Of a stretch of DNA of 64,000 nt, positions 22,919 through 32,442 are shown piece by piece; positions within the stretch are counted from its first letter, which is position 1, and each line of letters starts with the position of its first letter. Location: the sequence record MN850631.1; one strand, 5' to 3'. The position numbers and the translations under genes were made by a program. The DNA comes from Escherichia phage mio. The notes under the pieces are model-generated. The model worked only from the letters and a program-made list of their open reading frames with translations. It ran no database searches and was not told where the DNA came from.

Positions 22919-25063
22919 TTACATAGAGACTCTATCACGAATCTCAGCAATTTTTGCATCGTTCATTCGGGATTCGCCTTTAATCTTAGTCCATCCAAGA
23001 TACCCGCACACCCTGTTAATCACAGAGATATCGTGTGAATGACAAACCTCACATTCTTCAACATCAGCCTTTGGCCTGTTACCACAATGTTCACAGATTG
23101 CTAAGTCAAAGTTAAGTCCCTGATAGAAACCTTTCAACATCCCTCTTGTAATACAACTTTTAAGTGCTGTTAAGTTTTCTGGGTTAGCTACCCTGACATA
23201 CTGGATTCTCCCACCTCTACAGATATGGAAGAATGGCTCTTCTAAGTCCTGCTTCTCAAATGGTGAGATGTCTGCTGCAACATTCATATGGAAACTGTTT
23301 GTAAAGTATTCCTTATCAGAAACACCTTTGATAACACCAAACATATCTCTGAACTGTTTTAGCTGAGTTCCGCAAAGTGATTCTGCTGGAGTACCATAGA
23401 CGGCGTATAAGAAGCCATCTTCATTTTTAAACTCTTCAGTTTTCATGTTGATGTATGCCAGAACATCGTATGCAAAACTACAGCTTCCAACTTCATGAAG
23501 TCGTTTACCTTCAGCAAGAACAGATAGCTCATCGAGCGCAGTAACACCAAAAGAAGCTGTGAAGGACTTCACGATATCCCAGCCAACCTTGTCAGTAGGT
23601 TTCTTAGTTCCTTTGTACAGACCACCTTGTGTGAATGCAAGAGGGTTAGAACTTGCTGGCATATTAGCAATCATTTCGTAGCGTTTCTTGTGGAAGCTGC
23701 GAATCATCTCTAGGTACTTATCAAGCTCTTTCCAGAAATCTAAACCATTCTCTTTAGAATACTGGTAAATCATCGGTAAGTTCAAAGATACAGCACCAAT
23801 ATTAGCACGACCAACGTAGAACTCTTCTCCATTCTCGTTAAGATATGGGGATAAGAAAGCTCTGCAACCCATCGGTGAAATTACCTTGCCAGAACGCTCA
23901 AAAGCCTCTGCTACAGCACCATGACCAGATACGCTTAAGAAATCTGGATACATTGCTTTAGAGCAACACTCAATAGCTTTACTGTACAGGTGACCTTGAC
24001 AGATATTTTCATCATGTCTCTTCTGGTCGTAGATATAAACAAGTTTAGGGAATACAACAGGTTTTTTGCTCTTACCTTGTCCATTCATACGAACATCTAG
24101 GAGAGTACTTGCAATCATGTATTGTAGTCGGTTGTCTTCATTAGACATATCTGAGTCAAGTAAACCAAATGTTAAAGTTGTGAATGCAAAATCACCACGG
24201 CTGCAAGGTACAGTATTTAGCTTCATCTCTAGTGACTGGAAGCCTTGAGTTAATTCAATCTGTAGCTGCTCCATGACATAGTTATGGTAATGTTCTTTAG
24301 GAATACCATAAGATGCTGCTTTCTCAGCATGATAGCGTAGAGACTTCTTAGCATACGGTACGAGTACCTTGTCAATCTCTGCTAAAGTAAAGCCACCAAA
24401 TTGCTGTGCAGTTGCTGAAAGAACTACGTCACCAATAACCTGTAAGGCCGACAGTACAGATTTTGGTTCACAATATTCGATGCCAGACATTTCAAAGCCA
24501 CCTTTCAGGACTTTACCAATGTCAAACAGGCAACAGTTGATACCACCAAAAATTAGGTCTCTTAAGTCATGGATGTAGATAAACCCTTTTTCAATGTCTT
24601 CAAGTTCCTCTGGTGTTAAATGGTACTGTTTAAAGATTTCTTTAGTCAGATAACCACGAATAATTGAACCTTTTGTAGAAATTAAACTGCTGTCAAAGTT
24701 AGCATTTTCACGGTCACCTAAGAAGAGTGTGTCTTTAGTCTTTTGGTAAAGCTCATCCCAATTTTGAGCAACCTCTTTACGGTAATTTCTGTATGTTGAG
24801 TAAGACTCATAAATCTCGTGATTAACTTCTGCCAAAGCACCCTCAACAATACTGTGAATATCATTTACTGAAATGAGTAAATTATTCTGCTTAGTGGATT
24901 TTACCAGAATCCTCATAAATGCTGACTCAAGAGCTTGGGTAACATCTGGTGGAAGTTCTTTATATCCAACCCTGTTAGCTGATTTAGTTACTGCTGCTAA
25001 AACTTTTTTGATATCAGGTTCTTCAAGTGAGCCGTTCTTTTTAATAATCTGTACTTTGTTCAT
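22919..25063 (-). CDS. nrdD: anaerobic ribonucleoside-triphosphate reductase
   Basis: 714 aa; C-terminal glycyl-radical motif RVCGYLG and zinc-site cysteines. Confidence 0.9.
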   Translation of the reverse strand: MNKVQIIKKNGSLEEPDIKKVLAAVTKSANRVGYKELPPDVTQALESAFMRILVKSTKQNNLLISVNDIHSIVEGALAEVNHEIYESYSTYRNYRKEVAQNWDELYQKTKDTLFLGDRENANFDSSLISTKGSIIRGYLTKEIFKQYHLTPEELEDIEKGFIYIHDLRDLIFGGINCCLFDIGKVLKGGFEMSGIEYCEPKSVLSALQVIGDVVLSATAQQFGGFTLAEIDKVLVPYAKKSLRYHAEKAASYGIPKEHYHNYVMEQLQIELTQGFQSLEMKLNTVPCSRGDFAFTTLTFGLLDSDMSNEDNRLQYMIASTLLDVRMNGQGKSKKPVVFPKLVYIYDQKRHDENICQGHLYSKAIECCSKAMYPDFLSVSGHGAVAEAFERSGKVISPMGCRAFLSPYLNENGEEFYVGRANIGAVSLNLPMIYQYSKENGLDFWKELDKYLEMIRSFHKKRYEMIANMPASSNPLAFTQGGLYKGTKKPTDKVGWDIVKSFTASFGVTALDELSVLAEGKRLHEVGSCSFAYDVLAYINMKTEEFKNEDGFLYAVYGTPAESLCGTQLKQFRDMFGVIKGVSDKEYFTNSFHMNVAADISPFEKQDLEEPFFHICRGGRIQYVRVANPENLTALKSCITRGMLKGFYQGLNFDLAICEHCGNRPKADVEECEVCHSHDISVINRVCGYLGWTKIKGESRMNDAKIAEIRDRVSM

Positions 25064-25082
25064 TATTGCCTCTTTACATGCT

Positions 25083-25103
25083 AAAAAGGTCTCCGAAGAG
25101 ACC
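25083..25103 (-). terminator. putative intrinsic terminator
   Basis: GGTCTC-CGAA-GAGACC hairpin with T-run on the minus strand. Confidence 0.45.
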
Positions 25104-25111
25104 CTTTCATT

Positions 25112-25318
25112 TTAAATCTTTTTAGAAAACTTTGAAAAGAGTTTTCTTAGTTTTTCAGTGATGCCTAACTGTATCTCTAAGATTTCAAAGATAACCCATA
25201 GTAACATGACTCCAAACAACAAACCTTGTTTAAAGTCAGTAAATAGGTTAGCAATAAGCATACCAATTACAATAACTGGTGCATCAATAACCAAACCTTC
25301 CCAAAGGCGTTTAAGCAT
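25112..25318 (-). CDS. small hydrophobic membrane protein (68 aa)
   Basis: Two hydrophobic segments; ATG 25316-25318. Confidence 0.4.
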   Translation of the reverse strand: MLKRLWEGLVIDAPVIVIGMLIANLFTDFKQGLLFGVMLLWVIFEILEIQLGITEKLRKLFSKFSKKI

Positions 25319-25553
25319 TATTCACCTCTGCCATAAAATTCTGTAGTGTCCCAACAGGTTTTAGGTTTTGTCCATCAGTTTTCATGATGAATGGCATCTG
25401 ACGAACTGGCATCTGTGCAATGTCCATTAGTTCCGATAGCTCATAGTCCTGCCCTAACATTCTCACAACATGGTCAATACCACGAGCTTTTGCAAAATTC
25501 TTTGCAGTCTCACACTGAGGGCATCCAGTTTTGGAGTAAATTACATAAGTCAT
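25311..25553 (-). CDS. glutaredoxin-like protein (NrdH/Grx-type redoxin)
   Basis: CPQC active site near N-terminus; adjacent to nrdB. Confidence 0.7.
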   Translation of the reverse strand: MTYVIYSKTGCPQCETAKNFAKARGIDHVVRMLGQDYELSELMDIAQMPVRQMPFIMKTDGQNLKPVGTLQNFMAEVNNA

Positions 25554-26626
25554 TAAGGAACCTCTAAAAATCCACTATTCAAATCATCTACAACAGTATT
25601 CAACAGGTACGCACCGTTCTGTTGCTCCTGATTAGCATTCTGCTCTTTATCAATTTCCATCTTCTTAATCATGTACTTCAAAGGTGGTTCTTTAGGAGCT
25701 ACAAAGTCTCTTTGAATGCCAAACATGTCATACAGTGGGGCAGCATTATAGTAAACCCACTCATGAAGAAGCTTTGTATTTAAGCCAACTACAGCACGTC
25801 CTTCGGAGAAGATATAATACGACCATTTCTCTTCACTTTCAACTACTTCATCTAGGATTACTTTAATCTCTGGAAGAATTTGTTGAAAAGCTTTCTGCCA
25901 CTCATCATCTCTTAAAGTTTCTTTTAAAACTTCAATATCAATTTTAGTGTGAAGGATTTCGTCAAGCATAATCTTCTGGACAGCTTGAGCAATACCCTGA
26001 AATTTATCTTGAGCATCAAGTGCAAAGGTACATGCAAAGGATGCCATAAAAGATATACCTTCCAGTGCAGTCACTGCAAATAGACCTTTCAGAATCACTT
26101 TATGGAAGTGTAAAGGGTCTTTGTCCAGAAGTGAGTCACGCACATAACTCAGTCGGTAGTTTATACCTTCATCCAGTAATTCTTCAAGAACACGATTCAC
26201 AGTTTTTAATCGGTCTTGCACAGCAACATTCTGGTTAATCTCATCTAAGATTGTTTCAGGGTTTTTAATACATTGCCTTACAATCTCTGAGTAAGTAAGA
26301 GCATGTAGGTTTTCAATCTCAGACTGCTTCATAATTGCAGTTGCATAAATGTCATCAGAGATAAAGGGTGCAAAGGCAAATGCCAAGCTCTTAGCAACTT
26401 GAGTATCTGCTTCCCATTGCCACTTAAGAATCTCAAGCATTACACCTGACATTGATGCTGGGACACTCTCAAAATCAAGACGTGATTGTTCAAAAGGGAA
26501 CTCATCTTCTGACCAGTCTTGTGCTTTTTGTTGTTTATAAAGTTCAAAGATTTTCGGGTAGTGCTTATTAAGAGAGTCAAAAGTTTTTCTCTCACCACCT
26601 AAAAAGATTGGGTGCTGGTTAATCAT
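25553..26626 (-). CDS. nrdB: ribonucleotide reductase small (beta) subunit; start moved to ATG 26626 (track start is TTG)
   Basis: Diiron-site region ...EILHTKIDIE...; ATG 26624-26626 overlaps upstream stop (ATGA). Confidence 0.85.
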   Translation of the reverse strand: MINQHPIFLGGERKTFDSLNKHYPKIFELYKQQKAQDWSEDEFPFEQSRLDFESVPASMSGVMLEILKWQWEADTQVAKSLAFAFAPFISDDIYATAIMKQSEIENLHALTYSEIVRQCIKNPETILDEINQNVAVQDRLKTVNRVLEELLDEGINYRLSYVRDSLLDKDPLHFHKVILKGLFAVTALEGISFMASFACTFALDAQDKFQGIAQAVQKIMLDEILHTKIDIEVLKETLRDDEWQKAFQQILPEIKVILDEVVESEEKWSYYIFSEGRAVVGLNTKLLHEWVYYNAAPLYDMFGIQRDFVAPKEPPLKYMIKKMEIDKEQNANQEQQNGAYLLNTVVDDLNSGFLEVP

Positions 26627-26880
26627 AGCGTGATTTCTCCTTTCTTTATCATTTCTGAGGCTTGTTTTCTGTCTAAAACTTCCCAATTTTCTTTGTTAAA
26701 CATCTCATAAGGTCTTGCGTAGATTTTACCATCTGCTGTAGAGATGTAAGAGATACCAGCAACCCATGAGTCATCCTTTTGTTTTATCATCATATCTGTG
26801 CTACTCACATAGTACATCGTTTTCCGAGGCTTGTGGAGCAAGTATATAGGTCGCTCATGTTCTTCTATTAAGTCTTTCAT
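26623..26880 (-). CDS. hypothetical protein between nrdA and nrdB (85 aa); start moved to ATG 26880 (track start GTG 26946)
   Basis: ATG 26878-26880 with GGAGAG RBS. Confidence 0.4.
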   Translation of the reverse strand: MKDLIEEHERPIYLLHKPRKTMYYVSSTDMMIKQKDDSWVAGISYISTADGKIYARPYEMFNKENWEVLDRKQASEMIKKGEITL

Positions 26881-26935
26881 GGTCTCTCCAAAGTTATTTT
26901 TAGAGGGTCTTTTACGACCCTCGTAGTTATTAAAA

Positions 26936-29170
26936 CTAAACACCACAACCCTCGCAATAAGCGTCTTGCAGTGCAGATTTACCTACACCAATGCGACTGT
27001 TAAGGTAGTACATGGTTTTCATACCTACTGAGTTGGCATAAATCATGTACTTCAAAGCTTGAGCCAATGATACCTTCTTAGACTTTGCATAGTCAACATA
27101 GAAGTCTGAAGAGATAGCTTGACCAGTGAACTTTTGAACAATTGCATAGCAATCAATCAGGTCAAAGGTGTCAATATCCCAAGCAATTTCATAGACATAC
27201 TTTAACTCTTCGTAATCTGGAACAATAAACAGTACGTTACCAGTTGCAGACTTTTTAGTTAAAATAAAGTCACGAATTGGGTACAAGCCATTTGTTGTAT
27301 TGGTTGCCAGTGAAGAACTCTCATTAGGCATGTAGGCTTCTAATACAGAGTTACGGATTCCGCCATTCTCTTTGATACGTTGTGCTAAGTCATCCCAATC
27401 ATAACGAAGTTTTGCATCATGCTTCTCATCAATCTTCCTGTTAGCTGTCTTCGGAGGAACCCAACCTTCAGGATACTTAGTGAACTGCATATACTCAGGT
27501 ACACCACGTTCTTTAGCAAGTCTTAAAGAGGCTTCGTGTAAGTAGTAAGAGTGCATTTCAGCAAGCTCATGAAGCTTAGTCTTACCTGCTCTTGAAGAGT
27601 AGTTCACGTAGTTTTTTGCAAGGTAATGAGCCACATTTGTAAGGCCAATCCCAACAGAACGACGCTTCTGAACATGGTTACGCATCGACGGATACGGATA
27701 ATCCATAAGGTCAATAACGGAGTCAACCATTGCAAGAGCATAATAAGCAACGTCAGCGTATTCATCTTCTGAAATTCTCCCTGCAACCAAACTAGCTAGG
27801 AAGCAAAGAGCTACCTCACCATCCTCTTTTACAGCATCATCTCTGTAAAGGTCTGTTTCTTTCTCAAAGCCGTACACTGGCAACACAATTTCCATACAAA
27901 GGTTTGACATCTTCAAAGGTTCTTTAAATGGTGTATGTGTGTTTGCATTATTTGTGAAGAATGGATACACACGGCCTGTTGCATAACGCTGCTGGATAAA
28001 CAGTTTAGCAATTTCACGAGCCTTTACTCGTCTGTGCTTAACACCTGAATGTACTGCATGACCAACTGCCATAGCAAACTCATCAGCAGATGCTGTGTAG
28101 AACATGTCATAGAGCTTTGGTGCATCCTTGTAAGAGAATAACAACCAGTCTGTATCATATTGAACACACTGCCAGAAGTAATCATTTGTACCAAATGAGT
28201 AGTCCATCTCGTTAATACGTTTCGAAGGAACCGTTGTAGGGTGCTTCAAACGCAGTAAATCTTCAATCTGTGGGTCTAGAGCAGTGTAGAAGTTGTTAGC
28301 TGAACCACCACGACTCTTCTGTTTGTTTGCCTCTACAGATGAACGTACAAGCTTGTAATAAGGTAGTTTACCCATGTGCTCAATAGTATTTTGACGGATA
28401 CCATCACCGATAGTGCGAGTCTCCATCAGCATACCAATACCAGCTTGCTTTGTAGTCATATCATAAGCTACCTTTGCAGCAATACCAAGTGACTCAGCAG
28501 TATCATTCGCCTTAATCAAGCAGCATGACGCATAACCTGATTTAGTGGCTCTTAAACCATTCAGATAAGGCGTAGGAGCGTTAATCTTCAGGTCAGATAG
28601 ATAAGTGTACAGCTTGATAACATCTTGCAGTCTACGGTGCTTTGGTTGCTTCTCAAAGGCTTTCATAGCCATACCCATAAACATAAATTGTGGTGACTCA
28701 AAAAGTCTTCCAGTTTTAATATCACGGATACCATACTTGTCTCTGAACTGTTTCAATACTGCATAGCCGTAAGAGATATCTTTTGAGTGTACGATGTAAC
28801 CTTGCAGATATTCAAGCTCTTCCTGTGAATAGTCCATCTTCTCCCAAAGTCCCGCTCTCTCCATATTTTTAACGAAGGTAACCAGCGTAGGAACCTTAGT
28901 AAAGCCTCCAAAGGCTTCTTTGTAGATAATCCCTAGAAGTAGCCGTCCAGCCATAGCTGAGTGCTCTTGAGTTTGTTTATCAACACAAACATCAATCATG
29001 GCTTGGTGCATCTCTTTTGTAGTGCAACCCTCATAGACACGTTTCAAGGCTTCCATAGTGACTTCTGACCAGATAATACCATGCTTATCTGCCCATGATG
29101 CCCACTTATTCGGTCTTTCTGGGTCAAAGCTTACTACTGTACCGTTTGATTTTTTAATTGTCTTAATCAT
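26936..29170 (-). CDS. nrdA: ribonucleotide reductase large (alpha) subunit
   Basis: 744 aa; N-terminal ATP-cone-like region; Cys pair near C-terminus (CEGCGV). Confidence 0.9.
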   Translation of the reverse strand: MIKTIKKSNGTVVSFDPERPNKWASWADKHGIIWSEVTMEALKRVYEGCTTKEMHQAMIDVCVDKQTQEHSAMAGRLLLGIIYKEAFGGFTKVPTLVTFVKNMERAGLWEKMDYSQEELEYLQGYIVHSKDISYGYAVLKQFRDKYGIRDIKTGRLFESPQFMFMGMAMKAFEKQPKHRRLQDVIKLYTYLSDLKINAPTPYLNGLRATKSGYASCCLIKANDTAESLGIAAKVAYDMTTKQAGIGMLMETRTIGDGIRQNTIEHMGKLPYYKLVRSSVEANKQKSRGGSANNFYTALDPQIEDLLRLKHPTTVPSKRINEMDYSFGTNDYFWQCVQYDTDWLLFSYKDAPKLYDMFYTASADEFAMAVGHAVHSGVKHRRVKAREIAKLFIQQRYATGRVYPFFTNNANTHTPFKEPLKMSNLCMEIVLPVYGFEKETDLYRDDAVKEDGEVALCFLASLVAGRISEDEYADVAYYALAMVDSVIDLMDYPYPSMRNHVQKRRSVGIGLTNVAHYLAKNYVNYSSRAGKTKLHELAEMHSYYLHEASLRLAKERGVPEYMQFTKYPEGWVPPKTANRKIDEKHDAKLRYDWDDLAQRIKENGGIRNSVLEAYMPNESSSLATNTTNGLYPIRDFILTKKSATGNVLFIVPDYEELKYVYEIAWDIDTFDLIDCYAIVQKFTGQAISSDFYVDYAKSKKVSLAQALKYMIYANSVGMKTMYYLNSRIGVGKSALQDAYCEGCGV

Positions 29171-29187
29171 TTTCGAATCCTACAGAT

Positions 29188-29210
29188 GAAAAGAGCCTCC
29201 GAAGAGGCTC
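29188..29210 (-). terminator. putative intrinsic terminator
   Basis: GAGCCTC-CGAA-GAGGCTC hairpin with T-run on the minus strand. Confidence 0.45.
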
Positions 29211-29216
29211 CCTAGT

Positions 29217-29555
29217 TTAAATCTTGAAAATTTGCTCATTCTGCCACATATCGTAAAACTTATCACTTACTTTTGTGACTGAAGAAGTGTGCATACAATT
29301 CAGGGAGAACCATGATGATGTATTATCATCCATAAGTGTTTCAAGTTTTTGTGTGATATTCACATCCATGTCTGCAACAACGTAATTACCTCGCATCTTG
29401 CAAACAATTCTTCCAAACAAGATTGCACTTCTACCTCTTCGGTCATCACAGTACATAACTGTGTCCCCGTGCTTAACATCTTGTCCGATACTATCAACAC
29501 CTAATTTAGCACCTGAGATAATGTCATCATAAGATAGCTTTTTTGCTTTAGACAC
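29217..29555 (-). CDS. hypothetical protein (112 aa), probable GTG start
   Basis: GTG 29553-29555 preceded by GGAGA RBS. Confidence 0.45.
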   Translation of the reverse strand: MSKAKKLSYDDIISGAKLGVDSIGQDVKHGDTVMYCDDRRGRSAILFGRIVCKMRGNYVVADMDVNITQKLETLMDDNTSSWFSLNCMHTSSVTKVSDKFYDMWQNEQIFKI

Positions 29556-29871
29556 GGTATTTCTCCAAGTTTCTTTTTAGATATAACCAACCATAGTCAG
29601 TCCTTTCTACACCCATAAAGAGCGGAGCCATCACAACTTTACCGAAAGTATTCCTGTGTTGGCAGATTTCAAAAGAATACTCTTTCTCAATGTCAATCCC
29701 GTATTTGTACAGGACTGCTTTTAAAACTTGTTCATTATCCAGAAGTGTATCTGGAGTCTCACCATATTTTTCTAGTAACGGGTCATTCATAAACACCGTC
29801 ATAGAAATATTGTAGTTTGAGAAGTGGCTCTTCTGAGCCACACCCTCTTTATTAATGTTCTGTGAATCCAT
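29548..29871 (-). CDS. hypothetical protein (107 aa); start moved to ATG 29871
   Basis: Track start 29880 is TTG; ATG 29869-29871. Confidence 0.45.
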   Translation of the reverse strand: MDSQNINKEGVAQKSHFSNYNISMTVFMNDPLLEKYGETPDTLLDNEQVLKAVLYKYGIDIEKEYSFEICQHRNTFGKVVMAPLFMGVERTDYGWLYLKRNLEKYRV

Positions 29872-30607
29872 TATAACCAACCCCTTTTAACCAGCACTTC
29901 AGGTTATTAGCATCATAATTCAGTTTCGGGTATGAGGTTACATGGAACTGCTCACCATCATAGTAGACAATATCTGCAATCCATAGTCCATTCTCTTTAC
30001 AGAAGTCTTTATCTGCTTTAGAGGTAATTGGATTAACTTCTACAAAACCATCTACACCCAAATCCTTTAAGCTACCTACAATACCTTTGCAGATAACGCA
30101 TGTCTCAGATACTACCACAAAAAGTTCTTGGCTTTCAAGTTCTACAATGTATTCACCAAGCTGTACTTTAGGGAGATTTGATTGCTTCATAATCTTCCCA
30201 TCGGCTGCACGAACAATCGCATACCACTCTTTACCATCAACTACTGACATTCTGATAATACACTCTTGACCAGTACGCTTTTCAATGTCTGCAAGACGTT
30301 TTAAAGCTTCTTCATAGTCATCTGTGTACTTCAGGTCATTATTATGGCAAACAGCTTTCATAGCACCGTTATGGTCATGTTGTGACAGATAAATTAGACC
30401 GTCAAGAACATATTGCAAATCTGCCTGAGCATCCAGTGTCTCAATGGGGTCTTTCTCTTCAATTGCTTTTACAAGCTCTTTTGCTTCTTCAAGCATACAC
30501 AGAGACTGGGATTTCAAAGACTCCCAATACTCATCACTGTAAGGTTGCTTTTGGGTGTTTCCGCAACGAAGATTCCAGTTTTTTACTGATTCTCTTGAGT
30601 TAAACAT
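29852..30607 (-). CDS. hypothetical protein (251 aa)
   Basis: ATG 30605-30607 with AAGGAG RBS. Confidence 0.55.
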   Translation of the reverse strand: MFNSRESVKNWNLRCGNTQKQPYSDEYWESLKSQSLCMLEEAKELVKAIEEKDPIETLDAQADLQYVLDGLIYLSQHDHNGAMKAVCHNNDLKYTDDYEEALKRLADIEKRTGQECIIRMSVVDGKEWYAIVRAADGKIMKQSNLPKVQLGEYIVELESQELFVVVSETCVICKGIVGSLKDLGVDGFVEVNPITSKADKDFCKENGLWIADIVYYDGEQFHVTSYPKLNYDANNLKCWLKGVGYNGFTEH

Positions 30608-30831
30608 TTGGACTCCTTAAAAAATCTGTTAACTTTTAGCTCTCGTGTTTCAATATATTCCAGATGCTCACGTAGCTCTTGACGTTTAAGCATTAGGTGC
30701 TGCATTTGTGATTCAACAGCTTCAACTTCTTTAATTATTGACTCTCTGGCATTTGCAAGAATGCGCTCAAGTTCTTCAATCTTGCTGTCAACTTTTGCTA
30801 CATGACTCACAGCTTTACTTTTGTTAAACAT
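30583..30831 (-). CDS. coiled-coil protein (82 aa); start moved to ATG 30831
   Basis: Track start is TTG; ATG 30829-30831 preceded by TTGAGAGAGA. Confidence 0.45.
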   Translation of the reverse strand: MFNKSKAVSHVAKVDSKIEELERILANARESIIKEVEAVESQMQHLMLKRQELREHLEYIETRELKVNRFFKESKCLTQENQ

Positions 30832-30852
30832 TTTATTCTCTCTCAATAGTTA

Positions 30853-31350
30853 TCAAGCACAGTTTGCTTTCATTACCTTATGGATTCTTTTTTCAGCATC
30901 TTCATAAGTTTCTTTAGTGATAAACTTAATTGCTGCAATGTTGGCATTGTAGAAGAGTCTGAGCTTCGAGTCAATCCTTTTTGTCATTACATCGAACTTA
31001 TGTTGAAGGTTTGCTTCACCATAAACTAGACCACCTTTTGTGTAGTAGGTCTGAATAATGTAAAAGTCAAAAGACTCCTTTCCAAAGCTTTCAATATCTT
31101 TTTTAATATACTCAGAAGAAGTCTCATAAGTCAGCCAATCACTTTCCTTAGTGACTATCTTCTTCCGAGTCTTACCAGCAACTTTTCTTTTGGTCACACT
31201 GTTAAGCTGTTTCTTTCCGATATAGTATTGTCCAGTCTTCTTACAGTGTACTAAATAGACAAAGCCAAAATGTTTAGTGGGGTCAACTTCCCCACATAAA
31301 GATACCCAATGACCATAGGTGGGGCAATTGCCAAATCCTTTAATCTTCAT
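30853..31350 (-). CDS. putative GIY-YIG homing endonuclease
   Basis: N-terminal FGFVYLVHCKKTGQYYIGKK resembles the GIY-(10-11)-YIG motif. Confidence 0.5.
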   Translation of the reverse strand: MKIKGFGNCPTYGHWVSLCGEVDPTKHFGFVYLVHCKKTGQYYIGKKQLNSVTKRKVAGKTRKKIVTKESDWLTYETSSEYIKKDIESFGKESFDFYIIQTYYTKGGLVYGEANLQHKFDVMTKRIDSKLRLFYNANIAAIKFITKETYEDAEKRIHKVMKANCA

Positions 31351-32380
31351 TCATACACGGCTCCCAATTATATTTCTTGAAAGAGAAATTGTCTTTTGGA
31401 TTTCTCTCTTGATAAGCTAGGAAGAAATGCTGTTCCATTAACTCTAATGGTGTTTTGGTAACAGTCTGTCCATCCCATGACACATAGGTATAAGAGTCTT
31501 TTTTAGCATAGAGTTCATAGATAGCGTCAAGGCAATCTTTGTAGGTCTCTTTACCCTCTAAAGCATTCATCACAGCTACTTTACCAGCACCTTTTAGGCC
31601 GAAGTAGTTGTCTGCGTTATCTCCAGCAACAGCCTGATAACACAAGAATTTAAAACCTACACCAACTGTTTTTGCAGATTTTGGTTTTGATTTGATAGGA
31701 CAATCCCAGATATCACCAACATTATTGTCAGCGATAAAGATTAGTGGTGACTTTTCATAAGTCATATCAATACAATAAGTCCCTTCAGCTTGTCGAAGGT
31801 CTTTGTCAATACTCATAAGAGCAGCTTTCTTACCCATCTTCTCAGCTTTAGCAATTACGATTGAATCGGCTTCGAAGCCCCCCTTTAAGAGTTTGAACTC
31901 TGGTCTTGACAGAAGATACTCACGACAAGCAACTAAGTGTGTTGGTGTGACAGCATCTTTACGGTTACCTTGATATTGGTGCTCAAGACCTTTAATGTCT
32001 TTATGTTTATGCACACCTTTCTCTGTTAAATAACCTACCCAAGTTCTTTCTTTACCAACAACCTTAAGCCATTCCTGAAGCACCTGTTGAGTCGCCATGA
32101 TAGCTTCTTTTTCACTCTTAGCTTCTTTCCAAGTCTGTCTTTCCCATTCATCTTCATCAAATGTCAGGCCAAGTTCTTCCACAAGGATTCTCTGGTCTGC
32201 TAACCATCTTGCAGCATCTTTCGCATTATCAAATGGTTCAGATTCTTCTGCTGTGAGTTTATTGACATATTTATATTTTGCTTTCTCAACTACACAAGCA
32301 CCTTTATAGGCAATACTGTCAGAGTCAATAAAAACATGTGTAACTGAATCGGGAAGTTTTGTTAATGTGTACTTCTCCAT
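31340..32380 (-). CDS. RNase H / 5'-3' flap endonuclease (FEN family)
   Basis: N-terminal VFIDSDSIAYKG and central ...FEADSIVIA...SIDKDLRQ acidic clusters as in phage FEN/RNase H. Confidence 0.6.
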   Translation of the reverse strand: MEKYTLTKLPDSVTHVFIDSDSIAYKGACVVEKAKYKYVNKLTAEESEPFDNAKDAARWLADQRILVEELGLTFDEDEWERQTWKEAKSEKEAIMATQQVLQEWLKVVGKERTWVGYLTEKGVHKHKDIKGLEHQYQGNRKDAVTPTHLVACREYLLSRPEFKLLKGGFEADSIVIAKAEKMGKKAALMSIDKDLRQAEGTYCIDMTYEKSPLIFIADNNVGDIWDCPIKSKPKSAKTVGVGFKFLCYQAVAGDNADNYFGLKGAGKVAVMNALEGKETYKDCLDAIYELYAKKDSYTYVSWDGQTVTKTPLELMEQHFFLAYQERNPKDNFSFKKYNWEPCMNED

Positions 32381-32395
32381 TATGGCTCTCCATAT

Positions 32396-32423
32396 GAAAA
32401 AGCCCCATACTGAGTACAGGGCT
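32396..32423 (-). terminator. putative intrinsic terminator downstream of SSB-like gene
   Basis: AGCCC-N13-GGGCT hairpin with T-run on the minus strand. Confidence 0.4.
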
Positions 32424-32442
32424 TTAAAGTAACTTTTAGAGA

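Noticed and set aside
22919-29170. Intron or intein interruption of nrdA, nrdB or nrdD
   Set aside because: All three ORFs are continuous and of typical length with the expected N- and C-terminal motifs; nothing suggests a split gene.
29852-30607. MazG-like nucleotide pyrophosphohydrolase call for the 251 aa protein
   Set aside because: Only a loose E/D-rich helical pattern in the N-terminal region; the EExxE/ExxD signature could not be confirmed by eye, so it is left as hypothetical.
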